From Steroidobacteraceae bacterium (lineage in GTDB: Bacteria > Pseudomonadota > Gammaproteobacteria > Steroidobacterales > Steroidobacteraceae): a stretch of 64,000 nucleotides of DNA. How positions within the stretch are numbered: the stretch's first letter is position 1; every line of letters begins with the position of its first letter. Shown here one piece after another: positions 54,531 through 64,000 of the stretch. The notes beneath the pieces are model-generated. The model saw nothing but the letters and a program-made list of their open reading frames with translations, searched no databases and was not told the DNA's origin. The stretch lies in the NCBI GenBank assembly GCA_035279135.1, contig DATEII010000125.1, forward strand, positions 740 to 64,739, written 5' to 3'. A program made the position numbers and the translations under genes.

Positions 54531-57002
54531 TTGAGCGAGAAGATCCTGGCGCCGTTCGCCGGCTGGTGCAGCGCGCTCGCGGAGATTCCCGACGAGGTGT
54601 TCGCGCGTGCCATGCTGGGCGAGGGCGTGGCGCTGGATCCCGTCAGCAACGAGTTGCGCGCGCCCTGCGATGGTGAAGTGATTTCGATCGCCGCCGCGCG
54701 GCACGCCGTCGCGCTGCGCACGGCGGCGGGCGCGGAGATCCTGGTGCACGTCGGCATCGACACCGTGGCGCTCGGCGGTGAAGGCTTCAACGTGCGCGTA
54801 CGCAAGGGCGATCGCGTGCGCGCCGGCGACCTGCTGTCGAGCTTCGACCTGGAATTGCTGGGTCGCAAGGCGCGCAGCCTGGTCACGCCGGTCATCGTCA
54901 CCAATGGCGACCGGTTCAGGATCACGCGTGCGCAGATCGATCGCAGAGTCGCCGTGGGCGATGAGCTCTTCGAGCTCGAGTCCCTGGGCGCGGCGACTGA
55001 AACGGCGTCTGCGGCTGCACCCGGAGCTGCGGCGATCGTGAGCGAAGCCGTCGTGGTCACGCACGCACACGGCATCCACGCGCGGCCTGCCGCCGTGATC
55101 GCGCGCATCGCCAAGGGACTGCGCCACGACCTCGAGATCCGCGCGCGCGGTCGCGTGGCGAATCCGAAGAGCGCGGTGGCGTTGATGTCGCTCGGCGTGC
55201 GCGGCGGTGACGAGATCGTCATCGCGGGATTCCATGCCGATGCCGCGGCGGGCATCGCCGAGATCGCGCGTGCCATCCGGCACCTCGACCCGGCGCCCGC
55301 GCAGCATGCCAGGTCGCCTGCCAAAGCCGCGCCGCGCCAGAGCGGCCCGGTCATCGCGAGCCGCGGGTTCGTGGTCGGGCCGGTGCATCGATTCGACCTG
55401 GATGAACTCCCGGTGGCCGAAACCGGCGCAGGCGCAGCGTCCGAGCAGGCCGCAATCGAGCGTGCACTCGCGACGGTGCGTTCGCACATCGAACAACGCG
55501 CGCGCGACGGCAAGCAGGCGGTGCGCGACATCATGGCCGCGCACCTCGAACTGCTGGACGACCCGGAGCTGCTGTCCGCGGCGCGGGACGCCATTCGCGC
55601 CGGCAAGAGTGCGGGCTACGCGTGGCGCGGCAGTTTGCGCGCGCATGCCGCCGCGCTCGAAGCCACCGGCGATGCACGGCTCGCGGAACGTGCGGCCGAT
55701 CTCGCCGACCTCGAACGGCAGGTGCTGCGCGAGCTCGCCGGCACCAGTGCGCAGCGCATCGAGATTGCCGCCGGCGCGATCCTCGTGGCGCACGACCTCA
55801 CGCCCTCGCAACTCATCGACATCGACACCTCCCGGCTCGGCGGCATCGCGCTCGAGGCGGGCGGTGCCACCTCGCACGTGGCCATTCTCGCGGCGACGCT
55901 GGGCGTACCGATGCTTGTGAACGCCGGCACGCAGCTCGGCGCGGTGCGAAGCGGCGACGTGATCGTGCTCGACGCCGAGTCGGGGCAGGTGTGGGCGGCG
56001 CCGACCGCCGCCGAGCTCGAGAGCGCGCGTGCCCGACTCGCGCAACAGAACGAACAGAAGGCGCGCGAGCTCGCCGCCGCGCACGATGCCTGCCGCCTGG
56101 CGAGCGGCGAACGCATCGAGGTGTTCGCGAATCTGGCGGGCACGCCGGCCGACACGCGCCTCGCGGTCGAGCAGGGCGCCGAAGGTTGCGGCCTGTTGCG
56201 CACCGAGTTCCTGTTCCTCGAGCGCGCCACCGCGCCGGACGAGGCCGAGCAGCGTGCCAGCTACCAGCAGGTCGCGGACCTGCTCGGCGCGCGTCCGCTG
56301 GTGATCCGTACGCTCGACATCGGCGGCGACAAGCCCATCGCCTATCTACCGTTACCGCCCGAGGAGAACCCGGCGCTGGGCCTGCGCGGCATCCGCACCA
56401 GCCTGTGGCGCCCGGAGCTGCTCGACGTGCAGCTGCGCGCGTTGCTGGCCGTGCGTCCGGCGGTACGCATCCTGCTGCCGATGATCACCGACGTGTCCGA
56501 GATCGCGCTGGTGCGCACGCGCCTCACGGAGCTGGCGCGCGGGCTTGGCGTGCCGGTGCCGTCGCTCGGCGCGATGATCGAGACACCCGCCGCCGCGATG
56601 CTCGCGGACCAGGTCGCGGCCGCCGTCGATTTCCTGTCCATCGGCACGAATGACCTGTCGCAGTACGGGCTCGCCATGGATCGCGGCCACGCGGAGCTCG
56701 CGGCGCGCATCGACGGAGTGCACCCGGGGGTGTTGCGGTTGATCGAAACCACCACGCGTGGCGCCGCCGTGCACGACAAGCCCGTGGCGGTGTGCGGTGG
56801 GCTCGCCTCCGATCCGGAGGCGGTGCCGCTGTTGTTGGGCCTGGGCGTGACCGAGCTCTCGGTCGTGCCGGGGCAGATTCCGCGTCTCAAGGCGCGCATC
56901 CGGGGTCTCTCGCTCGCGGCATGCCGCGATCTCGCGCAGCGCGCGCTGCAACTCGGCACCGCAGTCGAAGTGCGTGCCCTGGTCAAAGAGGTGATGCCAT
57001 GA
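54531..57002 (+). CDS. nagF: Fused PTS protein EIIA(Glc-family)-HPr-Enzyme I (NagF-type)
   Basis: TTG start. The N-terminal EIIA has GEGVALDP...ILVHVGIDTV. HPr has THAHGIHARPAAVIA. EI has GGATSHVAILAATLGVPML, LRTEFLF and SIGTNDLSQY. 823 aa. Confidence 0.88.
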   Translation: MSEKILAPFAGWCSALAEIPDEVFARAMLGEGVALDPVSNELRAPCDGEVISIAAARHAVALRTAAGAEILVHVGIDTVALGGEGFNVRVRKGDRVRAGDLLSSFDLELLGRKARSLVTPVIVTNGDRFRITRAQIDRRVAVGDELFELESLGAATETASAAAPGAAAIVSEAVVVTHAHGIHARPAAVIARIAKGLRHDLEIRARGRVANPKSAVALMSLGVRGGDEIVIAGFHADAAAGIAEIARAIRHLDPAPAQHARSPAKAAPRQSGPVIASRGFVVGPVHRFDLDELPVAETGAGAASEQAAIERALATVRSHIEQRARDGKQAVRDIMAAHLELLDDPELLSAARDAIRAGKSAGYAWRGSLRAHAAALEATGDARLAERAADLADLERQVLRELAGTSAQRIEIAAGAILVAHDLTPSQLIDIDTSRLGGIALEAGGATSHVAILAATLGVPMLVNAGTQLGAVRSGDVIVLDAESGQVWAAPTAAELESARARLAQQNEQKARELAAAHDACRLASGERIEVFANLAGTPADTRLAVEQGAEGCGLLRTEFLFLERATAPDEAEQRASYQQVADLLGARPLVIRTLDIGGDKPIAYLPLPPEENPALGLRGIRTSLWRPELLDVQLRALLAVRPAVRILLPMITDVSEIALVRTRLTELARGLGVPVPSLGAMIETPAAAMLADQVAAAVDFLSIGTNDLSQYGLAMDRGHAELAARIDGVHPGVLRLIETTTRGAAVHDKPVAVCGGLASDPEAVPLLLGLGVTELSVVPGQIPRLKARIRGLSLAACRDLAQRALQLGTAVEVRALVKEVMP

Positions 57003-58756
57003 AGCAATTCATCGCGAAGCTGCAGCCCATGGGCCGCGCGCTCATGTTGCCCATCGCGGTGCTGCCAGTCGCGGCACTGCTGCTGCGCATCGGCCAGCCG
57101 GACCTGCTCAACGTGGCGGCGGTCGCCGCGGCCGGCGACGCCATCTTCTCGAACCTCGGACTGCTGTTCGCCATCGGCGTCGCCGTGGGACTGGCGCGCG
57201 AGAACCACGGCGCCGCGGGCCTCGCGGCCGTGGTCGGTTACCTGGTGGCCACGCATGCCGCCAAGGTGCTGATCCAGGTTCCGCCGGACGTGACTGCCGA
57301 TCTCACCGGCCGCGCCGTCGACCTGGCCGCCGCGGCATTTCGCGACAAGGAGCTGTCCAAGCTGTCCGTGCCGCTGGGCCTGCTGTCGGGATTGATCGCC
57401 GGCTGGGCCTACAACCGCTACAGCGATTTCCGGCTGCCTAGCTACCTGGCGTTCTTCGGCGGCCGCCGCTTCGTGCCCATCGTCTGTGGATTCGCGGGAC
57501 TGGCCATGGGGCTGGCGTTCGGCGTCGCGTGGCCGGCCGTCGAGCACGGCATGGACGTCACCAGCCAGGCCGTGCTCGGTTCGGAGTCGCTGGGCCTGTT
57601 CACCTACGGCGTGCTCAACCGCGTGCTCATCGTCACCGGCCTGCACCACATCATCAACAACATCGCCTGGTTCCTGCTCGGCGATTACAACGGCGTCACC
57701 GGGGACCTCAAACGTTTCTTCGCGGGCGATCCTTCCGCCGGCGCATTCATGTCCGGCTTCTTCCCCGTGATGATGTTCGGACTGCCCGGCGCGTGCCTCG
57801 CGATGTATCGCACGGCGGCGCCGGACAAGCGCAAGGCCGTGGGCGGCATGTTGTTCTCGATGGCGCTCACCTCGTTCCTCACGGGCGTGACCGAACCCAT
57901 CGAGTTCTCCTTCATGTTCCTGGCTCCGCTGCTGTATGCGATCCATGCGGTGCTCACCGGTATCGCCATGGGCCTGATGCATTGGATGGGTGTGCACCTC
58001 GGCTTCGGCTTCTCGGCGGGATTGTTCGACTACGTGCTCAACTTCTCGCTGTCGACGCGGCCCTGGCTGCTGCTGCCGGTGGGCCTGGTTTATTTCGCGC
58101 TGTATTACGGCCTGTTCCGCTACTTCATCGTGCGCTTCGATCTGAAGACGCTGGGACGCGAGACCGAGGAGGCGATGGTCGCGAGTCCCGCCGAGATTGC
58201 GGGCGGCGCTCCGGCCCATGCGTGGATCCGCGCGCTGGGCTCGGCGAAGAACCTGCGCTCGGTCGAAGCCTGTACCACGCGGCTGCGACTCGTGGTCTCG
58301 GATCCGGCGCAACTCGATGAGCCCGCGTTGAAGGCGCTGGGGTCGCGCGGTGTGCTCAAGCTCGCCGATGGCGCCGTGCAGGTAGTCGTGGGTCCGGTCG
58401 CCGATCAGCTCGCGTCGGAGATCCGCACCGCTCTCAAGAGTGGTGGTGCCGCACCGCCAACTCAGCTCGCATCCGCCGCCACTGCCGTGACTTCCGAGGT
58501 CGCGACCGTCGATGCTCCACCCGCCGATGCCCGTTTGCTCGCACGCGTGCTGGCGGCCCTCGGCGGTCGCGGCAACATTGCGGATCTCGAGCTGCGTTCC
58601 AGCCGGTTGTGCGTCTCGGTGCGCGACCCGGCGGCCGTCGACGAAGCGGCGCTCGCGAGCTCGGTGCGCGCGGTGGCTCGTCCGGCTCCGTGCAGCGTCC
58701 ACCTGGTGGTCGGCCCCGGTGCCCCCGCGTGGTTCGCCGGGATGAAGCTTTCCTGA
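56999..58756 (+). CDS. nagE: PTS N-acetylglucosamine transporter, EIIC-EIIB
   Basis: ATGA overlap with nagF. The protein has MKQFIAKLQPMGRALMLPIAVLPVAALLLRIG, GVTEPIEFSFMF, and the EIIB Cys motif ACTTRLRL. Confidence 0.9.
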   Translation: MKQFIAKLQPMGRALMLPIAVLPVAALLLRIGQPDLLNVAAVAAAGDAIFSNLGLLFAIGVAVGLARENHGAAGLAAVVGYLVATHAAKVLIQVPPDVTADLTGRAVDLAAAAFRDKELSKLSVPLGLLSGLIAGWAYNRYSDFRLPSYLAFFGGRRFVPIVCGFAGLAMGLAFGVAWPAVEHGMDVTSQAVLGSESLGLFTYGVLNRVLIVTGLHHIINNIAWFLLGDYNGVTGDLKRFFAGDPSAGAFMSGFFPVMMFGLPGACLAMYRTAAPDKRKAVGGMLFSMALTSFLTGVTEPIEFSFMFLAPLLYAIHAVLTGIAMGLMHWMGVHLGFGFSAGLFDYVLNFSLSTRPWLLLPVGLVYFALYYGLFRYFIVRFDLKTLGRETEEAMVASPAEIAGGAPAHAWIRALGSAKNLRSVEACTTRLRLVVSDPAQLDEPALKALGSRGVLKLADGAVQVVVGPVADQLASEIRTALKSGGAAPPTQLASAATAVTSEVATVDAPPADARLLARVLAALGGRGNIADLELRSSRLCVSVRDPAAVDEAALASSVRAVARPAPCSVHLVVGPGAPAWFAGMKLS

Positions 58757-59070
58757 GACGGGGCGAAATCGGGCTGCAGCAGACAGTCGCGATGCGGCAA
58801 ATCGAGCAGCCGAGCGCCTGAATGCATCGATTGGCGTGCCACTCGGGGTTTCCATGAATTCCGAGGCGCGAAAAAGTGACGTGAGCTGACACTCCTCACT
58901 TTCAATCGAAACAGTCCCTTACTAAACTGCCGCCCTCCCGAAATCGGGGTGCGCCCGCTGATCCGGCGGCGGCGCGAATTCCCAACAGAAACAAACTTTT
59001 TCGTTTGAGGACGTGCAACCCGGTGGGTTGCTGGGACGTCCTATACGAGGTCTTTCAAGGAAGCTCGCGC

Positions 59071-60201
59071 GTGTCTAAAAGAATAGTTCTGGCTGTCGTG
59101 AACAGCCTGGTCATCGGTCTGGCACTCACCGGGTGCAACAAGGGCGCGGGCAATACGCCCGATGCCGCCGCCAATGCCCCGTTGCTGGTATCGCAGGAAG
59201 ACGTGCTGGTCGTGCGCAACAGCGCACTCACGTCCGGCCCTTCGATCACGGGTTCGGTGGAGCCGGAGCGCCGCGCCGACCTGCGTGCCGAAGTGCCCGC
59301 GGTGGTCATCGCCGTGCTCAAGGAGAACGGCGATCCGGTGAAGAAGGGCGACCTGCTGGTGCGCCTCGACCAGACCTCGATCCGTGACAGCCTCACCGCC
59401 GCCGAAGCCGCGATGAGCGCAGCCGCGCAGGCCTACGAACAGGCGCAGCGCCAGCTCGAGCGCATGCAGAAGCTGCGCGAGACCGGCGTCGTGTCGGCCC
59501 AGCAGGTGGAAGACGTCGAGATCCGCCGCAACACCGCGCAGAGTGATCGCGAAGCCGCGCGCACGCGCGTGGTCACCGCCCGTCAGCAGCTCGAGCGCAC
59601 CGAGGTGCGCGCGCCGTTCGACGGCATCATCAGCGATCGCAAGGTCTCCGCGGGTGACACTGCGCAGGTGGGCAAGGAGTTGCTCAAGGTCATCGATCCG
59701 ACGAGCCTGCGTTTCGAAGGATTCGTGTCGGCCGACAGTGTCGGCGAGGTCAAGACCGGACAACACGTCTGGTTCCACATCCATGGCTTCGAGGAAAAGG
59801 AATTCACCGGCGTGATCACGCGCGTGAATCCGGCCGCCAACTCCACCACGCGCCAGGTCGAAGTGCTGGTCGCCTTCGAGGACCGGAAGCAGCAGCCCAA
59901 CGTGGCCGGCCTCTATGCCGAGGGCCGCATCGAGTCCCGCAGCGAGGCGGCGCTCGCGCTGCCGGCCGCGTCCGTGGTGCGCGAAGGTGACAGTGCGTTC
60001 GCCTGGAAGGTGAGCGGCGACAAGTTGCAGAAGGTGGCGCTCGGCCTCGGTGAACGCGACGCGCGCAGTGGCGCATGGTCGCTGCGTTCCGGCCTCAACG
60101 AAGGCGACAAGGTCCTGCGGTTCCCGAACGCCACGCTGAAGGATGGACAGGAGGTCCGGTCAGGCACCGACGCCAAGCCCACCGTCGTCGCGGAGAAGTA
60201 A
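59071..60201 (+). CDS. RND efflux periplasmic adaptor (membrane fusion protein), lipoprotein
   Basis: GTG 59071 gives VSKRIVLAVVNSLVIGLALTGC (lipobox). It has a coiled-coil hairpin and VRAPFDGIISDRKVSAGD, typical of HlyD/AcrA-family adaptors. Confidence 0.88.
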   Translation: MSKRIVLAVVNSLVIGLALTGCNKGAGNTPDAAANAPLLVSQEDVLVVRNSALTSGPSITGSVEPERRADLRAEVPAVVIAVLKENGDPVKKGDLLVRLDQTSIRDSLTAAEAAMSAAAQAYEQAQRQLERMQKLRETGVVSAQQVEDVEIRRNTAQSDREAARTRVVTARQQLERTEVRAPFDGIISDRKVSAGDTAQVGKELLKVIDPTSLRFEGFVSADSVGEVKTGQHVWFHIHGFEEKEFTGVITRVNPAANSTTRQVEVLVAFEDRKQQPNVAGLYAEGRIESRSEAALALPAASVVREGDSAFAWKVSGDKLQKVALGLGERDARSGAWSLRSGLNEGDKVLRFPNATLKDGQEVRSGTDAKPTVVAEK

Positions 60202-60202
60202 C

Positions 60203-63200
60203 ATGTTTCTCTCCAACTTCAGCATTCGGCAGCCGGTTACGACTGTCGCCATCATCATCGTGCTGATGTGTCTGGGCCTTCTGGCCCTTACGCACCTTCG
60301 CGTCAACCAGATCCCGGACGTCGACATGCCGATCATGGTGGTCACGTTCCCGTACCCAGGCGCCTCGCCCGAGTCCGTCGAGCGCGACATCATCAATCGC
60401 GTCGAGAAGTCGCTGCAGAGCATTCCGCAGATCTACGAGCTGCGCTCGACCGCGTCCGACGGCCAGGCGCAGTTCGTCATCATGTTCGACTTCAAGAAGG
60501 ACATGACCCAGTCGGGCGACGAAGTGCGCAACGCCATTGCCGGCGTGCGCTACAAGCTGCCACTGGAGATGCGCGAGCCGGTGCTGTTCCGCGTCGATCC
60601 CTCGGCGGACCCCATCATGAATCTCGGCCTGTCGTCGACCAAGCAGAGCCATGCCGAAATCTCGCGCCTCGCCGAGGACGTGCTGGCGGACCAGCTGCGC
60701 GGCCTCGATGGCGTGGCCGTGGTCGACGTCGATGGCTCGCTGAATCGCGAGCTGTCGGTGCTGCTGCACGCGCAGAAGCTGCGCGAGTACAACGTGTCGG
60801 CGGGCGAAGTCGTCAACGCGCTTCGCGCCCAGAACACCAACGCTCCGGTGGGCCGCGTGAAAGGCGCGCTCGACGAGCAGAACATCCGCCTGGTCGGACG
60901 CATCGAATCGCCGCGCGAATTCAATGACATCGTCGTCAAGCGCCAGGGCAACGAGGTCATCCGGCTCGGCCAGCTCGCCACCGTGGAAGACGGCTTCGCC
61001 GAGCCCGGCAGTTACAGCCTGCGATCGGGCCGCCCCAACGTCGGGTTGTCGGTGATCCGCCAGCGCGAGGCGAGCACCGTCACGGTCGCCAAGCGCGTAC
61101 GCGAAAAAGTCGAGGAGATCAACAAGACGCTGCCGGAAGGCACCAAGCTCGAAGTCACTCGCGATGGTGGTGAAGAGGCGTCGGACAATCTTGGAAACGT
61201 CATCCATGCGCTCATCTTCGGTGCGGGCCTCACCATCTTCGTGGTGTACGCCTTTCTGAATTCCTGGCGCTCCACGCTGATTACCGGCCTATCGCTGCCC
61301 ACCTCGGCCATCGCGGCCTTCATCGCCGTCTGGCTGTGCGGGTTCACGCTGAACTTCATGACGCTGCTCGGCCTGTCGCTGGCCATCGGCGTGCTCATCG
61401 ACGACGCCATCGTGGTGCGCGAAAACATAGTTCGGCACATGCAACGTGGGGAAGACCGTGTCACCGCGGCCCGCAATGGCACCGCTGAGATCGGCCTCGC
61501 GGTGTCGGCAACCACATTCTCAATCGTCGCGGTGTTCGTCCCCGTGGCCTTCATGGGCGGCGGCGCGGGCGAGTGGTTCCGGCCGTTTGCCGTGACCGTG
61601 GTCGCGTCGGTGCTGGTGTCGCTGTTCATCTCGTTCACGCTTGACCCGATGCTCTCGGCGTACTGGGGTGATCCGCCGGGACACGAGCATCGCGAGCGCA
61701 AGGGCATCGAAAAGTACTTCGCCGTGTTCAATACCTGGTTCGACCACCAGGCGGATCGATACGGCAACGTCATTGCCTGGGCCTTGCATCACCGCAAGAT
61801 CATCGTCGGCTCCGCGATCGCGCTGTTGTTCGGCGCGCTCGCGTACCAGATCGGGCTGGGTGGCAGTGAATTCCTGCCGAAGTCCGACTACGGCACCTTG
61901 GCCGTTGAGGTCCGCACGCCGTCGAGCACCAGCCTCGAGTACGCGCGCAACAAGGTAGAGAAGGCCGCGGAACTGGCCCGCGCCATGCCCGAGACGAAGA
62001 GCACGGACGCGCGCGTGAACGCCACCGGCGGCCGCGTTTGGGTGGATGTGGGCAAGAAGGGTGATCGTTCCCGGTCGCTGGGCGACCTCGCCGCGGACCT
62101 GCGTCAAAAGCTCTCCCAGCTGGTCGGTGCCGAGTACACGGTGTTCGATGATCTCAGCCAGGGTGCGCGCAAGAAGGTTCAGATCCAGTTCTACGGAACC
62201 GATTCGCGCAAGCTCATGGATCTCACCAACGAGTTCATGGACAAGGTGCGCAAGATTCCGGGCGCCGTGGACGTTGGCCTCTCGGAGCAGGATCCCAAGG
62301 ATGAGCTGCGCATTGAGCTCGACCGCGGCCTCGCCAATCAGCTCGGCATTTCGGTGAACGATGCGGCGCAGACGCTGCGAGTGGCGTTCGCCGGCGTGGA
62401 GGTCGGCGACTGGGTGGATCCCGTCGGTGAATCGCGCGACGTCGCGGTGCGCCTGGCACCCGAGGATCGTGTGAGCGCCGAGAACATCGAACATTTGCCG
62501 ATCGCTGTCACCGGCACCGACATGATGGTACCGCTCGAGCAGATCGCGCGAGTCACCATGGACAAGGGTCCGGCGCGCATCAATCACCTGAACGGCAAAC
62601 GCACGGTCACGGTTGCGGCCAACGTTCAAGGCGTTGATGCTGGCACGGTCACGGCCGAGGCGATGAAGATCGCGAACGCCATGCAGTTTCCGCCGGGCTT
62701 CGGCCTGGGCCTGGGCGGCGCCTCGCGCGACCAGCAGGAGCTGTTCACCGAGATGTTCACTGCGCTCATCATGGGCATCTTCGTGATGTACCTGGTGCTG
62801 GTGATGCAGTTCAACTCGTTCACCGCGCCCATCGCCATCATGCTGTCGCTGCCGCTGTCTCTGATCGGCGTGGTGCTGGCGCTGAACCTCACGGGCGGCA
62901 CGCTGAACCTGATGAGCTTCATCGGCGTCATCATGCTGATGGGCCTGGTGGCGAAGAACGCCATCCTGCTGCTCGACTGCGCGCGCGAGGAAGAAAGGAA
63001 TGGCGTGGATCGCGAAGAAGCGCTGATGCACGCCGGCCGGCAGCGCTTGCGCCCCATCCTGATGACTACGTTCGCGCTGATCGCCGGCATGATGCCCGTG
63101 GCCATCGGCCTCGGCGAAGGCGGCGAGTTCTACAGCCCGATGGCCGTGGCCATCATCGGCGGCACCATCGTCTCGACACTTTTGACGCTGCTGGTAGTGC

Positions 63201-63565
63201 CGAGCTTCTACGACAGCATCGAGATCAACGTCGAGCGCATGTCGCTGAAGTTCCGCGCGCGCGCCACGATGGGGAATCCGGTGGTCGCTTTCCTGGCAAC
63301 GGCGGGCGAGTGGCTGATGACCATGCTGTTGATGCGTTTCATCTACCGGCTGATGCGTTGGATCGCGAACATGGATTCGCCACCCGATCATCCGGTCGAG
63401 CGCGCCGCACGCATCGCCGACTTCAAAGTGCCGGAAAACTGGAAGGCGCGTCCGCAGTGGTGGCAGCGTCAGCGGCGTCCCTACGACACAGGATCTCGTG
63501 CCAGGCCTGACCCTGCACCGAAGGCCGACGGCCCATACGGGGCCCGCCCCGTCTCGCTCGACTAG
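60203..63565 (+). CDS. RND efflux permease (AcrB/HAE-type) with a ~90-aa C-terminal extension
   Basis: ATG 60203 lies 1 nt after the MFP stop. The protein starts MFLSNFSIRQPVTTVAIIIVLMCLGLLAL and has a 12-TM RND topology with two large periplasmic loops. 1120 aa. Confidence 0.92.
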   Translation: MFLSNFSIRQPVTTVAIIIVLMCLGLLALTHLRVNQIPDVDMPIMVVTFPYPGASPESVERDIINRVEKSLQSIPQIYELRSTASDGQAQFVIMFDFKKDMTQSGDEVRNAIAGVRYKLPLEMREPVLFRVDPSADPIMNLGLSSTKQSHAEISRLAEDVLADQLRGLDGVAVVDVDGSLNRELSVLLHAQKLREYNVSAGEVVNALRAQNTNAPVGRVKGALDEQNIRLVGRIESPREFNDIVVKRQGNEVIRLGQLATVEDGFAEPGSYSLRSGRPNVGLSVIRQREASTVTVAKRVREKVEEINKTLPEGTKLEVTRDGGEEASDNLGNVIHALIFGAGLTIFVVYAFLNSWRSTLITGLSLPTSAIAAFIAVWLCGFTLNFMTLLGLSLAIGVLIDDAIVVRENIVRHMQRGEDRVTAARNGTAEIGLAVSATTFSIVAVFVPVAFMGGGAGEWFRPFAVTVVASVLVSLFISFTLDPMLSAYWGDPPGHEHRERKGIEKYFAVFNTWFDHQADRYGNVIAWALHHRKIIVGSAIALLFGALAYQIGLGGSEFLPKSDYGTLAVEVRTPSSTSLEYARNKVEKAAELARAMPETKSTDARVNATGGRVWVDVGKKGDRSRSLGDLAADLRQKLSQLVGAEYTVFDDLSQGARKKVQIQFYGTDSRKLMDLTNEFMDKVRKIPGAVDVGLSEQDPKDELRIELDRGLANQLGISVNDAAQTLRVAFAGVEVGDWVDPVGESRDVAVRLAPEDRVSAENIEHLPIAVTGTDMMVPLEQIARVTMDKGPARINHLNGKRTVTVAANVQGVDAGTVTAEAMKIANAMQFPPGFGLGLGGASRDQQELFTEMFTALIMGIFVMYLVLVMQFNSFTAPIAIMLSLPLSLIGVVLALNLTGGTLNLMSFIGVIMLMGLVAKNAILLLDCAREEERNGVDREEALMHAGRQRLRPILMTTFALIAGMMPVAIGLGEGGEFYSPMAVAIIGGTIVSTLLTLLVVPSFYDSIEINVERMSLKFRARATMGNPVVAFLATAGEWLMTMLLMRFIYRLMRWIANMDSPPDHPVERAARIADFKVPENWKARPQWWQRQRRPYDTGSRARPDPAPKADGPYGARPVSLD

Positions 63566-64000
63566 AGGAGCGCCGGCTCCAGCGAGTGGAAGACCGGCGC
63601 TAACTTCCCCAGGTCGCTGCCGTGGTGCGTGGTCATGATGACCACGCGCTGCGCCGCGGCCTCGGCCACGAAGTCCAGGAACGCGCTGATCGACGCCGCA
63701 TCGATGTCATTCGTGGGCTCGTCGAACAACAGCACCGGCGGCGCGGCCACCAGCGTCGCGGCCAGCAGGAACTTGCGAGCCGTGCCAGCGGACAACGTGC
63801 CGAGCGGCGAATCGACAAAGGCGCCGAGCCCAAACCCTTCCTTCACGGCGTCAGCATAGGCCGCATCGCGGCGACTGCGCGGATACAGCGACGCGACGAA
63901 ATCCAGCAGCAGTCCTGACCGGATCCAGGGGATCTCCGGCGGACTGTTGGGCGCGAGCACCACGCGTGCTTCGCGATGATCCAGCGCCTTTCCATCGAGC
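63562..64000 (-). CDS. ABC transporter ATP-binding protein, C-terminal part (gene continues beyond window end)
   Basis: It carries the ABC signature LSAGTARK, Walker B VLLFDEPTNDID and an H-loop TTHH. Walker A would lie beyond position 64000. Confidence 0.8.
   Translation of the reverse strand, partial: LDGKALDHREARVVLAPNSPPEIPWIRSGLLLDFVASLYPRSRRDAAYADAVKEGFGLGAFVDSPLGTLSAGTARKFLLAATLVAAPPVLLFDEPTNDIDAASISAFLDFVAEAAAQRVVIMTTHHGSDLGKLAPVFHSLEPALL

Overview
High-GC (roughly 65-70% by eye) proteobacterial chromosomal segment. The gene content and order resemble Xanthomonadales/Nevskiales-type Gammaproteobacteria: many TonB-dependent receptors, NagQ/NagB-II, and plsY-birA-coaX-SPOR (inference). 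From left to right the window contains the following. (1) 1-21 kb is a glucuronoxylan/hexuronate utilisation locus: a LacI regulator, GH67 alpha-glucuronidase, CE15 glucuronoyl esterase, ManD, UxaC, an ExuT-like MFS transporter, a GntR regulator, two TonB-dependent receptors, an esterase, KdgK, Eda and a GH43 xylosidase. (2) A sensor PAS-GGDEF-EAL protein. (3) 23.9-31.2 kb is a probable extracellular phosphoester/nucleic-acid scavenging cluster: an e(P4) acid phosphatase fused to an EEP domain, a second EEP protein and a TonB-dependent receptor, followed by thymidine kinase and a 2OG oxygenase. (4) Housekeeping genes ctlX-plsY-birA-coaX-SPOR and tRNA-Thr(UGU). (5) A Tat-signal Fe/Mn SOD and a Cys-rich DUF326 protein. 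(6) The most unusual locus is a cytoplasmic trypsin-like protease fused to a NucA/EndoG-type nuclease. It heads a co-directional cluster with an ECF sigma factor, an anti-sigma factor and two periplasmic HEAT-repeat proteins. (7) A visibly lower-GC three-gene module: TonB-dependent receptor, periplasmic HMA protein and a beta-barrel protein. (8) A chitooligosaccharide/GlcNAc locus (nagQ, nagB-II, nagA divergent from a TBDR, GH20, nagF and nagE) with clear direct-repeat operators. (9) An RND efflux pair and a partial ABC ATPase. No rRNA, CRISPR array, transposase or integrase was seen. Non-genic oddities are a ~350 bp inverted-repeat (MITE-like) element and a strongly over-represented AT-rich word, CTA[A/T]CTAC.
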